Source: Chthoniobacterales bacterium (GTDB taxonomy: Bacteria > Verrucomicrobiota > Verrucomicrobiia > Chthoniobacterales > UBA10450). From it: 52,585 bases of DNA. The notes under the pieces are model-generated. The model was not told the DNA's origin and did no database searches. It saw only the letters and a list, made by a program, of their open reading frames with translations. The position numbers and the translations under genes were made by a program. Below are positions 25,816 to 34,222 of this stretch, in pieces. Positions within the stretch are counted from its first letter, which is position 1, and each line of letters begins with the position of its first letter. The stretch spans positions 1 through 52,585 of the forward strand of contig JBBSEO010000001.1 of NCBI GenBank assembly GCA_038239645.1, given 5' to 3'.

Positions 25816-26612
25816 CGACGCCGGCCACTAACTCCCTCCGGCGTGTCGTCGAACTACGCGACGTCCATTTAAAGTTCGACGAGAAGGAGGTTCTGCAGGG
25901 CGTCTCTTTGGCGGTCGAACCGCAGGATCGCCTCGTCATTATGGGACAGAGCGGTAGTGGGAAGAGCACGATTTTGCGCCTCGTCCTCGGCATCCTTTCG
26001 CCGACCAAGGGAGAGGTGTTCTTCAAGCAATTCGAAGTCGGTCGACTAAAGCAACGGAAGTTACAACAGATTCGCCGTCACATCGGCATGGTCTACCAAT
26101 ACTCCGCCCTGCTCAGCTCGCGCACCGTGCGCGAAAACGTTTCTCTTCCGCTGGAAGAATTGACCGATAAGTCACCAAAAGAGATTAACGAGATCGTCGA
26201 ACAAAAACTGGAACTGGTCGGAATGCAGGACGCCTGTGAGCGGATGCCTTCGGAACTCAGCGGCGGCATGCGCAAGCGTGTCAGCCTCGCCCGCGCGCTG
26301 GTGATGGAGCCCGAGCTCATTCTTTTCGATGAACCTTCGGCCGGCCTCGATCCCGTCATCAGTTCGGTGATCGACGAACTGATTATCTCGCTGACCGACA
26401 AGTCCAAGGTGACTTCCATCATTGTCACCCACGAAATGGATAGTGCCTTTCGCATCGCCACCCGCATGGCTATGCTATATCAAGGCAAGATCATCGAGGA
26501 CGGTAAACCGGAACAACTAAAGAAATCGAAGAGTCCCGTCGTGGTGCAGTTCCTGAGCGGCAGCACCGAAGGCCCTATCCTGGAGCAATCTGAAGATGCA
26601 ATTACGTCGTAA
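25812..26612 (+). CDS. mlaF: MlaF-like ABC transporter ATP-binding protein
   Basis: 266 aa: Walker A GQSGSGKST, signature LSGGMRKRVSLARAL, Walker B LILFDEPSAGLDP. ATGA overlap with mlaE. Confidence 0.9.
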   Translation: MTTPATNSLRRVVELRDVHLKFDEKEVLQGVSLAVEPQDRLVIMGQSGSGKSTILRLVLGILSPTKGEVFFKQFEVGRLKQRKLQQIRRHIGMVYQYSALLSSRTVRENVSLPLEELTDKSPKEINEIVEQKLELVGMQDACERMPSELSGGMRKRVSLARALVMEPELILFDEPSAGLDPVISSVIDELIISLTDKSKVTSIIVTHEMDSAFRIATRMAMLYQGKIIEDGKPEQLKKSKSPVVVQFLSGSTEGPILEQSEDAITS

Positions 26613-27609
26613 CGAAATCCTAACCGGACTGCTGGTCGTTGGCACCCTGGCGGTGCTGACGGGCGTCCTGATTCTACTGGGAGCGCCGGGTTTGTTTCGA
26701 CCGTTAGTCACCTATCGCCTCTACTTTGATAATGCCGCGGGAATTAAACTTGGTGCGCCGGTCCTTCTGGCAGGACGCAAGATTGGGCAGGTAGGTAAAC
26801 TTTATTCCCCCGTCTCGAATGAAGAGAGCCAGCGTGCCGTCGAGGCCGCTCGCGCTGCGCGCAGCGCTGATAGCACTGTCACCGCAACTTCTCCCGAAGA
26901 AAAGCCTCCCCGCTACGAGGTCCGCATCGAGGTGCAGGTAGATCGTAACGCTCTGATCTACCGCGACGCCAAAGCCCGACTGATGACGCTTGGACTGCTC
27001 GGAGAAACGGCGATCGACTTTACCGAAGGGACGGACGGTTCTGGTCGCGCCGGAGCTGGTGATATTTTCGCCGGCGAACGGGTGCCGGATTTCGGTGAAT
27101 CAATCGCGCACATGCTGGATATAGTTAAGCCGGTCGCGACCGAAGCCACCGCGACATTAAAGGAACTCGAGACTACCGCGCAGAATCTTAATCACATCAC
27201 GGACGACAATTCCCAGCTGAACCTGGCTCTGACCGAGTTTAAGACCTTCGGCCAGCACTTAAACGAGCTAACGGCGCCGCAGGGTTCGCTCTCGGTCTCG
27301 CTGGGCAACATAAAACAGCTCACCACCGACCTGACCAAGAACGACAACATCAACGTGACCTTGCAGAATCTGCGCAAAGCTTCCGATCAACTGAAGAGTT
27401 CACTTAACTCCCTCGGTCCGTCCCTTTCCGAGACGGGCCGTAATGTCGAAGATATGACGGCGACGCTCAAGGCTCAGCCGTGGCGTCTGGTCTGGCCGAC
27501 GACGAAGAAGTATCCCCAGGAGTCCGCGGCCCCTGCTAGTTCCGGAAGTAAACGCTCAGCTAAAGCAGTGAAGTCCAGCCCAACGCCTTCACGCTCGACC
27601 CGGCGATAG
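26596..27609 (+). CDS. mlaD: MlaD/MCE-domain protein with a long helical C-terminal extension and a basic tail
   Basis: 337 aa: N-terminal TM helix, then an MCE domain (YRLYFDNAAGIKLGAPVLLAGRKIGQVGKL ... LGLLGETAIDF), then a ~150-aa Leu/Asn/Thr-rich helical region. It overlaps mlaF by 17 nt. No mlaB/mlaC-like gene follows. Confidence 0.85.
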   Translation: MQLRRNEILTGLLVVGTLAVLTGVLILLGAPGLFRPLVTYRLYFDNAAGIKLGAPVLLAGRKIGQVGKLYSPVSNEESQRAVEAARAARSADSTVTATSPEEKPPRYEVRIEVQVDRNALIYRDAKARLMTLGLLGETAIDFTEGTDGSGRAGAGDIFAGERVPDFGESIAHMLDIVKPVATEATATLKELETTAQNLNHITDDNSQLNLALTEFKTFGQHLNELTAPQGSLSVSLGNIKQLTTDLTKNDNINVTLQNLRKASDQLKSSLNSLGPSLSETGRNVEDMTATLKAQPWRLVWPTTKKYPQESAAPASSGSKRSAKAVKSSPTPSRSTRR

Positions 27610-27681
27610 TTCGAATAGGGAAGGTGAAATAGCTCAAGAAAATAGTTTGCAGACAGGCCTAATACTGCTAGGAACAGCTTC

Positions 27682-28071
27682 ATGGACTTATCATTGGCCA
27701 GGTTAGAAGAAGCGGTGCAACTGCGCCGCCAGATTGATCAACTTCAAAGTCGTCTCAGTAGTATACTCGGCGGACGAAGCGCGGGCCCGCCCGCCGCTTC
27801 GGCGGCGTCGAGTCCTGTCCCTGCGGCCGGCACCGGTGGCGGACGACGCCGCGGAGGACGGCGCAGCATGTCGGCGGCGACGCGCGCGAAGATCGCGGCG
27901 GCAGCGCGTGCACGCTGGGCCCGGCAAAAAGGTGGAGCGGCTGCTAGTCCCTCCGGGAAACCGGCGAAAACTATGGCGCGCAAGGGGAAGAAGCGTCAGA
28001 TGAGCCCCGCCGCCCGCCGCAAACTAAGCGAGATGATGAAAGCTCGCTGGGCTGCTCGCCGCCGAGGCTAG
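27682..28071 (+). CDS. Small, highly basic hypothetical protein: N-terminal coiled coil plus two copies of an MS.A.R.K(I/L)....ARWA motif
   Basis: 129-aa ORF ending about 25 nt before a terminator. The internal repeats are RRSMSAATRAKIAAAARARWARQKGG (aa 60-85) and KRQMSPAARRKLSEMMKARWAARRRG (aa 104-129). Coding status rests on this repeat logic and on position; the GC-rich region also carries shadow ORFs. Confidence 0.6.
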   Translation: MDLSLARLEEAVQLRRQIDQLQSRLSSILGGRSAGPPAASAASSPVPAAGTGGGRRRGGRRSMSAATRAKIAAAARARWARQKGGAAASPSGKPAKTMARKGKKRQMSPAARRKLSEMMKARWAARRRG

Positions 28072-28096
28072 CCGACCCCTACCGAACATTTACCAA

Positions 28097-28127
28097 GGCC
28101 GCGCGGAGTAACTTCGCGCGGCCTTTT
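28097..28127. terminator. Hairpin terminator between the convergent 27682-28071 gene and the topoisomerase IB gene
   Basis: GGCCGCGCG - GAGTAACTT - CGCGCGGCC forms a 9-bp stem followed by TTTT. The T-tract overlaps the TAA of the minus-strand gene. Confidence 0.7.
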
Positions 28128-29232
28128 ACTTGGCGGCGAGGCGCAGGCGGAGGAACTTGAGCACAAAGCGCTCTTCGGATCTTAAGTCCGCGAGTTTATC
28201 TTCCAGACTCTCCTCCGTCTTGGTCTTGAGGTCTTCACTCAAGCCGCCGTCCAGATAGGAGGCGAAGACGACAGGATGAACATAGCATTTGCGGCAGATC
28301 GCGGGAGTATTGCCCAGAATCTTCGAGACCGCGGTGACGGCGTCCTTAATATTACCCTGCAGCGCCTTCTTGGTCTCACCCCGCTCCTGGACGCTTAGGG
28401 CCAGCGCGGCGAGGACCGTTCCGGCCCAGGTTCGAAAATCCTTCGCGGTAAAGTTTTCCCCCGTAATTTCGCGCAGATAATCGTTTACGTCCTGCGACGT
28501 AATGTTCTCCCTCTTCTCTTCTTCATCGAGATATTGGAATAACTCCTGCCCGGGCAGGTCCTGAAGCTGCCGCAGGGTTCGCGCGATACGCCGATCTTCC
28601 ACATCCACATCATGCTCAACCCCGCTTTTGCCGCGAAAACGAAAACGCAGCTTCGCTCCCTTTATCTCAACGTGCCGGTTCCGCATCGTCGTTAGGCCAA
28701 ACGATTTGTTGTCTTTGGCATACTCCTCGTTGCCAACGCGGATGAAGGTGCTTTCGAGGAGCTGGACCACGGTCGCCAGGACTTTGTTGCGCGGTAGCCC
28801 GGGTAGTTTCAAGTCCTCGGCGACACGGCGGCGAATCTTGGGCAGAGCATCGCCGAAATTTACCATGCGATCGTACTTGTCCTCGTCGCGGACAAGCCGC
28901 CATCTTTCGTGATAGCGATACTGCTTTCGTCCGCGATCATCTCTGCCCGTGGCCTGCAGATGTCCGTTCGGTGAAGGACAAATCCAAACATCAGTGTAGG
29001 CCGGTGGGATGGCGAGGCGGCGCAAACGCAGAACGCGCGTCTCGTCGCGAATCGATTTTCCCTCGGTGTCGAAGAACTGAAATGTTTTGCCCTTTAACTC
29101 CCTCGTGTAACCCGGGCCGTCATCGCTGACATAGCGCAGGCCGGCTTCTTCCGCGGCATCTTGCGCCGGATCGGCCGGAACCTCAGCCTCGGCTGGCTTT
29201 TTCTTTGCGGTTCGACGGGTGCGCTTGTTCAC
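28126..29232 (-). CDS. DNA topoisomerase IB (poxvirus-type bacterial TopIB)
   Basis: 368 aa: LRYVSDDGPGYTR, IPPAYTDVWICPSPNGHLQATGRDDRGRKQYRYHERW, TTMRNRHV, RFRGKSG, FRTWAGT, LGNTPAICRKCYVHP (catalytic Tyr context). Confidence 0.9.
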   Translation of the reverse strand: MNKRTRRTAKKKPAEAEVPADPAQDAAEEAGLRYVSDDGPGYTRELKGKTFQFFDTEGKSIRDETRVLRLRRLAIPPAYTDVWICPSPNGHLQATGRDDRGRKQYRYHERWRLVRDEDKYDRMVNFGDALPKIRRRVAEDLKLPGLPRNKVLATVVQLLESTFIRVGNEEYAKDNKSFGLTTMRNRHVEIKGAKLRFRFRGKSGVEHDVDVEDRRIARTLRQLQDLPGQELFQYLDEEEKRENITSQDVNDYLREITGENFTAKDFRTWAGTVLAALALSVQERGETKKALQGNIKDAVTAVSKILGNTPAICRKCYVHPVVFASYLDGGLSEDLKTKTEESLEDKLADLRSEERFVLKFLRLRLAAK

Positions 29233-29290
29233 GCACGTAATACGGACGTGGGGCGCCGAAAAGGCGCATGCGATCCCTCAACCGCGGAAA

Positions 29291-29719
29291 CTAGGCGCCG
29301 TAGCTCTTGGTAAACTTCTTGCGGGACTCGGAATCGGGCTCGCTCGCTGGTGCGATGGAAGGGGAAGAAGAGCTCTCGGGTGCGGGAGCAGATGGTTCCT
29401 CGCGAGGCGCCGAAGCGGCCGCAGGCATTTCTCCCTTTTCACCACGCGCCGCCTCGACGTAGGCGAGCTGGAGATTAGAAATTGCATTTCGCAGCACCGC
29501 GCTTTCGTCGTTGCTCAAATTTCCGCGGGTCTTGTCCTCAATCATCACCAGTTGGTCGATGAACATCTTGGCCAGGTCGAGGTTCAGTTCCGGTTGACCG
29601 CTTTGCGGGTGCGGAATCTGCCCCAAAAAAAGCGCGGCGTTTTGCGCGTGCATCATCACGAACTCGATAAAGCGCTGCACCATTTCCCCGGAGTTCGTCG
29701 TGCGTTGGACTTCAGCCAT
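29291..29719 (-). CDS. DUF1844-family protein
   Basis: 142 aa: FIEFVMMHAQNAALFLGQIPHPQSGQPELNLDLAKMFIDQLVMIEDKTRGNLS, recognised from memory as a DUF1844 pattern. The C-terminal tail is acidic and Ser/Pro-rich. The start overlaps the M16 stop by 8 nt. Confidence 0.75.
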   Translation of the reverse strand: MAEVQRTTNSGEMVQRFIEFVMMHAQNAALFLGQIPHPQSGQPELNLDLAKMFIDQLVMIEDKTRGNLSNDESAVLRNAISNLQLAYVEAARGEKGEMPAAASAPREEPSAPAPESSSSPSIAPASEPDSESRKKFTKSYGA

Positions 29720-32324
29720 GTGATTTTTTCTCCTTCAGCGGTGGCCTTACTATAGCCATAACGTACGCCTGTTTGCCGAAAAACTTTTGCGCGGCCTTTC
29801 TGATCTCGTCGCGGGTCAGCGCGTTCACCCGCTCATCCAAGTGCTGGTAGTAATCATAGCCGAGCCCATAGAGTTCATCCAAGGCACTCATGTAGGCAAA
29901 CATGTCGTTACTCTGGTTTTGGATTTGCTGCGCGCCGATCAGCTTCTTCTTCGCGCGATCAATCTCCGCCTGGGTAAGGCCGTCGCGCGCGAGTTTTCGG
30001 ATCTCGTCGAGGAAAGCGACTTTGACCTGCTCCAGTTTTTTCGGATCCGTCCCGAGATAGAAGGCAAACAACCCGGGGACCAGCGCCTGCACCTGAGCGG
30101 CGCCGACGAAATAAGCCAGGCCCATTTTTTCGCGAATTCGAATGAAGAAGCGACTGCCGAGATCGCTGCTCGCTTCATCGAGAACCTCGAGCGCGTAATG
30201 ATCGGGATCAAAGACATCGGAGCCGCGAAATCCAACCATCAGAACGGCCTGGGCCTTGTCCCGAATCTCTTCCACGGTTTGACTCGAACGCAGGGGCGCA
30301 GGCTCCGACGCGCGGGTGAGCTGGAGTTCGCCGACCGGCATCGATCCGAGCTTTTTCTCTAGAATTTCTTTCACCTCCGCGGCCCGGACTTTTCCAAAGA
30401 CAGAGATGACGCCGTTTTTGGCCACGAGATACTGATCGCGAAAGGCGACGAGATCCTTAGTCGTTAGCTTCTCGATGACTTCCTGCGAACCTTCGTTGCA
30501 CAAGCCGAAGGGATGCTTTCCAAAAAGTGCGCGGCGAACAAGATTACGCGCGACCGAAACCGGCTCTTCTTCTTCCTCCTTGATCTTCGCGATCCGAACT
30601 TTCTTTTCGCGGGCAACTTCGTTTTCTGGGAACGTGGCGTGCAAGAGAACGTCGGCCAGAATCTCCAAGCCGAGAGCGAGATCGGGTTCGGTCACTCCGG
30701 CGCGAATGGCGATGCTGTTATTTCCGGCTTCGGCCTCAATTTCCCCGCCGACACTCTCCAGCTCGCCGGAGATCTGTTCGCCGGTGCGCGTCTTCGTTCC
30801 CTTGAGCAGAGACTTGGCCGCGAGGCGAGTGAGTCCGTTTGTCTCCGCCGTTTCCGCGAGCAAGCCACTGCGAAAGACCGCGGCAAGATCGACCAGCGGC
30901 AACCGCGCGTCTTCCCGTACGAGAACGCGCAGGCCGTTGCTCAGCACAAATTTTTGGACTTCACCCGCGACGGTCGGGGCAGTCTGCGACCCGGACGCAA
31001 CGGCCAGCGACCCCTTCGGATTCAGCGAAACAACACTCAGGTTCTGATTCACCAAATATTTCGCCGCGACGCGTTGGATGTCCTCGCGCGAAACGTCCTG
31101 CACCCTGGCGAGATACTCGCGCCCAAAGTCGAGGTTGCGGGTCAGAAACCAATTCGTGCCCAAGTCCGAAGCCTGCCCGCGCATTGTTGTGAGCGAACTC
31201 AACTCATTCGCGAGCACGATTTTCTTCCCCTTCGCCAGCTCCGCGGGCGTCACTCCGCGGTCACGCACTTCTCCGATGATCTGATCGATTAATTGCAGGG
31301 CCGCGTTTCGGTTCTCGGCGTCGAGGACCGCCGCGACGCCCAGTAGCCCCGGTTCGCCCGGAGTGTAGGAAAAGGCCTCGACCGAAAAGGCCAGACCCGA
31401 TTCTTCGCGCACCCGGCGGTAAAGGCGAGAACTGCGCCCTTCCCCGAGAATGACCGAAAGAAGATCGAGCGCCGGCACATCGGGATGGGTGATCTCGGGC
31501 ACATGCCAGGCGAGCGCGAGATGCGTCAGTTCGGTCGCGAATTCCTGATGAGCCTCGCGCCGGCCGAGCTGAATCGGTTCGGGCGGGATATAAACCGGTT
31601 GCAGAGAGCGGCCGGGAACGTGACCAAAAAGTTTCTCGATCTGCGCCTGAATTTTTGCCGTATCAATATCGCCCGCGACGACAAAGGTCATGTTATTCGG
31701 CACGTAGCGCGCCTTATAATAGGCGAGGACATCGTGCTGTGTCAGCTGGTTGTAGATGTCGAGCTGGCCAATGACCGGCAGGCGATAGGGATGGACCTGA
31801 TAGGCGGTGGCAAAAAGTAATTGCGTCAGCATCCGCTCCGGGTCGTCCATGCCCATGGCGAACTCGCGGCGGATGACTTCCTGTTCTTTCGCGTACTCGT
31901 GCGGCGGCAAAGTCGAGTTCAGCACTGCGTCCGACAGAATGTCGATCGCAGCCGCGACGCCATCGCGGGGCACATCAATCCAGAAGACCGTCCGATCAAA
32001 CGAGGTGTAGGCGTTGATATAACCGCCCACGTCCTGAATTTTTTGCGCGATCTCATTGGTGGAACGCGTCTTCGTTCCCTTGAAGAGCATGTGCTCGAGG
32101 ATGTGCGATAAACCGGCACCGAGATGCTTGTCTTCGTAAATGCTCCCCGTGGCGCACCACGCTTGCACGCTCGCGACCGGGGCGCTGCGATCTTCCTGGA
32201 CGATGACATTCAAACCATTGCTCAAAGTCCATTTTCGCGACTGATTTGGTGGGAAGGAAATCACCGGAGCTTCCATCGCGCTCTCGCTTTTCAGATGAGG
32301 CGGATTATGACGCATCGCTCTCAT
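29712..32324 (-). CDS. Two-unit M16 (pitrilysin/insulinase) family zinc peptidase
   Basis: 870 aa with an inverted zinc motif HILEH (GLSHILEHMLFKGT) in the first half and a second M16-like half lacking it. No obvious signal peptide. The start is uncertain: ATG at 32324, or ATG at 32276 (MEAPVISF...). Confidence 0.9.
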   Translation of the reverse strand: MRAMRHNPPHLKSESAMEAPVISFPPNQSRKWTLSNGLNVIVQEDRSAPVASVQAWCATGSIYEDKHLGAGLSHILEHMLFKGTKTRSTNEIAQKIQDVGGYINAYTSFDRTVFWIDVPRDGVAAAIDILSDAVLNSTLPPHEYAKEQEVIRREFAMGMDDPERMLTQLLFATAYQVHPYRLPVIGQLDIYNQLTQHDVLAYYKARYVPNNMTFVVAGDIDTAKIQAQIEKLFGHVPGRSLQPVYIPPEPIQLGRREAHQEFATELTHLALAWHVPEITHPDVPALDLLSVILGEGRSSRLYRRVREESGLAFSVEAFSYTPGEPGLLGVAAVLDAENRNAALQLIDQIIGEVRDRGVTPAELAKGKKIVLANELSSLTTMRGQASDLGTNWFLTRNLDFGREYLARVQDVSREDIQRVAAKYLVNQNLSVVSLNPKGSLAVASGSQTAPTVAGEVQKFVLSNGLRVLVREDARLPLVDLAAVFRSGLLAETAETNGLTRLAAKSLLKGTKTRTGEQISGELESVGGEIEAEAGNNSIAIRAGVTEPDLALGLEILADVLLHATFPENEVAREKKVRIAKIKEEEEEPVSVARNLVRRALFGKHPFGLCNEGSQEVIEKLTTKDLVAFRDQYLVAKNGVISVFGKVRAAEVKEILEKKLGSMPVGELQLTRASEPAPLRSSQTVEEIRDKAQAVLMVGFRGSDVFDPDHYALEVLDEASSDLGSRFFIRIREKMGLAYFVGAAQVQALVPGLFAFYLGTDPKKLEQVKVAFLDEIRKLARDGLTQAEIDRAKKKLIGAQQIQNQSNDMFAYMSALDELYGLGYDYYQHLDERVNALTRDEIRKAAQKFFGKQAYVMAIVRPPLKEKKSHG

Positions 32325-32358
32325 TCATGACGCACAGCCCGGGCCGCGCGGGGGGAAA

Positions 32359-32829
32359 TCATGCCGTTTTCGGCGAGGGCAACCGCGGAATAGGCGGCGT
32401 GGCCGGGACAGGAATCTCCGGTCGAAATGGCTGCGCGAATGCTTCCTGGAAATCATAGACCGCTTTGAAATCGTCCATCGAATCCTGCTCGGTCTTCCCG
32501 AAAATGCCCGCGCCGATGAGATTGAAAACCATCTGGCCAATGTCCTCGCAGCGCTTGATTCCCCAGAATGAAAAGACACTCAGGACCATCGGGCCAAATT
32601 CCTTCAGCGCATAATGCCGGACGCCCTCGAGCAATTCCGGACCGGCGACATGTCGCACGCTCGCACCCTTGGCTTTCTTCTGCTGTTTGGTGGTGTAATC
32701 GAGCGCGTCGCGCAGGAACATGTAAGCCTCGCGCTGATACCGGGGGTCGCTCGCGATGATCGAGTCGAGCGCTTCACTGAATCCAATTTTCTGCATTTGC
32801 TTCGGTCGCTCGGGGGAGAGCAGCGACAA
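32359..32829 (-). CDS. Conserved hypothetical protein resembling the PVC-restricted Minf_1886 family
   Basis: 156 aa: IIASDPRYQREAYMFLRDALDYT ... RHVAGPELLEGVRHYALKEFGPM ... WGIKRCEDIGQMVFNLIGAGIFGKTEQD. The family assignment is from memory and is not verifiable here. An alternative start is the ATG at 32796 (MQKIGF). Confidence 0.7.
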   Translation of the reverse strand: MSLLSPERPKQMQKIGFSEALDSIIASDPRYQREAYMFLRDALDYTTKQQKKAKGASVRHVAGPELLEGVRHYALKEFGPMVLSVFSFWGIKRCEDIGQMVFNLIGAGIFGKTEQDSMDDFKAVYDFQEAFAQPFRPEIPVPATPPIPRLPSPKTA

Positions 32830-32866
32830 TGATAGCGGGCTTGCCGCGCCCGAGCAAATCGCCGTG

Positions 32867-34132
32867 CTATTGCACCTGCGCGTCCATCGCGTCGAGATAA
32901 ACCGAAAGCGGATCGTGCCGACGGCTCACCGCCTCGAGATTTTCCGCCGCCCGCAGATAGCCGCTGAACTGACCGCTGGAATCGGCGGCCTGCGTCGCCT
33001 CAAACCAATTCAGATAGTCGTCTACGCTCTCCATCCGAGATTGTAATTTCGCGCGAAGATCGGCCGCCCGCTTGGCGCGAGCAGCAACGCCGCGGCGGCG
33101 ATTTTTGCTCAATGCTTCCGACATTTGTTCGTACTCCAGCATGACGGGCCGGAGAAGCGGATGCGCCCTCGCGGAAAGAAGCATGAGATTTTGGGATAAT
33201 GTTTGCGCGGCCTTGGCCTCCACCCGCGTTCGCGAGTTTCGGCAGGCCTCGAGAAATGACGTCTTGCCGTTATCCGCGATTTTCGTCTTCAAAATTTCAT
33301 CGAGCGCGCTCCCGGTCGTGGCGAAGGCGTCGAGGACAGAGCTTTGCCCGGTCGACGTGCGCGCCAGCGTCTTTTGCCAGGTTTTTTCCATTTCTTCGGG
33401 CGTGGAACCCAGCGAAGAAAAATGCCGCTGCAAGTCCGCCAGCGGATCGCCCCTCGCCTGCGGCAGGTTGAGGATCAGAGCCTTCAAGGCTGATGCGCCA
33501 CCCGGCATGGTCGCCAGCGTGCGAGTAAGGACGCTCGCCTGCGCGCGGTAAAGGAGTTGAGACTGCGAATCGAGCAGCGCGGGGTCTTGTTGGAGCAGTT
33601 TGGCCAGGGTCATGAAATTCGTCGCCGGCAGCGGCTCCCCGTTGTTGTCCGCGCCCTCCAAACCTTCGACCAGCCATTCCGGCGGCGGCGTATACGGCTG
33701 ACCGGCAGGCAATTCCGGGGATGCGCGGTAGGTCATCTCGAGCAGCAACGCCCGCGTCACCTCGTGGGTCAGCGTCGCCGGATCGAACTTGCGGGGCACC
33801 AAAAGATCTACCTGGATCTTCAGGCCCGCACCCGTCTGGCTGAAACGGAGTGCCGCCGGTCCAACCTCTGGAAGATTCGCCTGCGGCATTTGGAGATTGA
33901 TCAGGATCGGGATTTTCCAGCGATCGGGCGCCTGCAAAAGACCCAGGAGCCGCGCCTTGACCCCTTCGGCCGCCCCGCTGACGAGGCCGCGCAGCTCGGT
34001 TGATCCTCCAAAAACCATAAATTGGCGGGAACTGCTCACGGTGCGTGGGGTTATATCGGCAGGAAGTCGAAATATTCCGCCTGCGAGCAGGGTGAGCGCG
34101 AGGGCTCGAAGCAGAATTCGACGAGACGACAT
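32867..34132 (-). CDS. Secreted hypothetical protein, largely helical
   Basis: 421-aa ORF with a signal peptide (LRALALTLLAGGIFRLPA). No family recognised. It lies 37 nt upstream of the next minus-strand gene. Confidence 0.7.
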   Translation of the reverse strand: MSSRRILLRALALTLLAGGIFRLPADITPRTVSSSRQFMVFGGSTELRGLVSGAAEGVKARLLGLLQAPDRWKIPILINLQMPQANLPEVGPAALRFSQTGAGLKIQVDLLVPRKFDPATLTHEVTRALLLEMTYRASPELPAGQPYTPPPEWLVEGLEGADNNGEPLPATNFMTLAKLLQQDPALLDSQSQLLYRAQASVLTRTLATMPGGASALKALILNLPQARGDPLADLQRHFSSLGSTPEEMEKTWQKTLARTSTGQSSVLDAFATTGSALDEILKTKIADNGKTSFLEACRNSRTRVEAKAAQTLSQNLMLLSARAHPLLRPVMLEYEQMSEALSKNRRRGVAARAKRAADLRAKLQSRMESVDDYLNWFEATQAADSSGQFSGYLRAAENLEAVSRRHDPLSVYLDAMDAQVQ

Positions 34133-34222
34133 GGTTAAAAGATTAGAGCGATAACCCCGGGGAATGCGACATTTTCCTCGAACAGCTCTCGTCGGGCCTT
34201 CGTCAAAAAAGCAGTAAAAAAT

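Noticed and set aside
27703-28003. Alternate-frame and antisense ORFs (27703-27927, 27744-27983, 27734-28003) inside the Arg-rich gene.
   Set aside because: These are pure Arg/Ala/Pro strings without internal logic. The chosen frame has a coiled-coil N-terminus and an internally repeated motif, and it stops just before a terminator. Coding status of the chosen frame is still only moderate.
32867-34132. A zinc-metallopeptidase (HExxH) assignment for the secreted 421-aa protein, based on LTHEVTRALLLEM.
   Set aside because: The motif is HEVTR, not HExxH. No third ligand motif is visible, and the rest of the protein is helical with no recognisable peptidase features.
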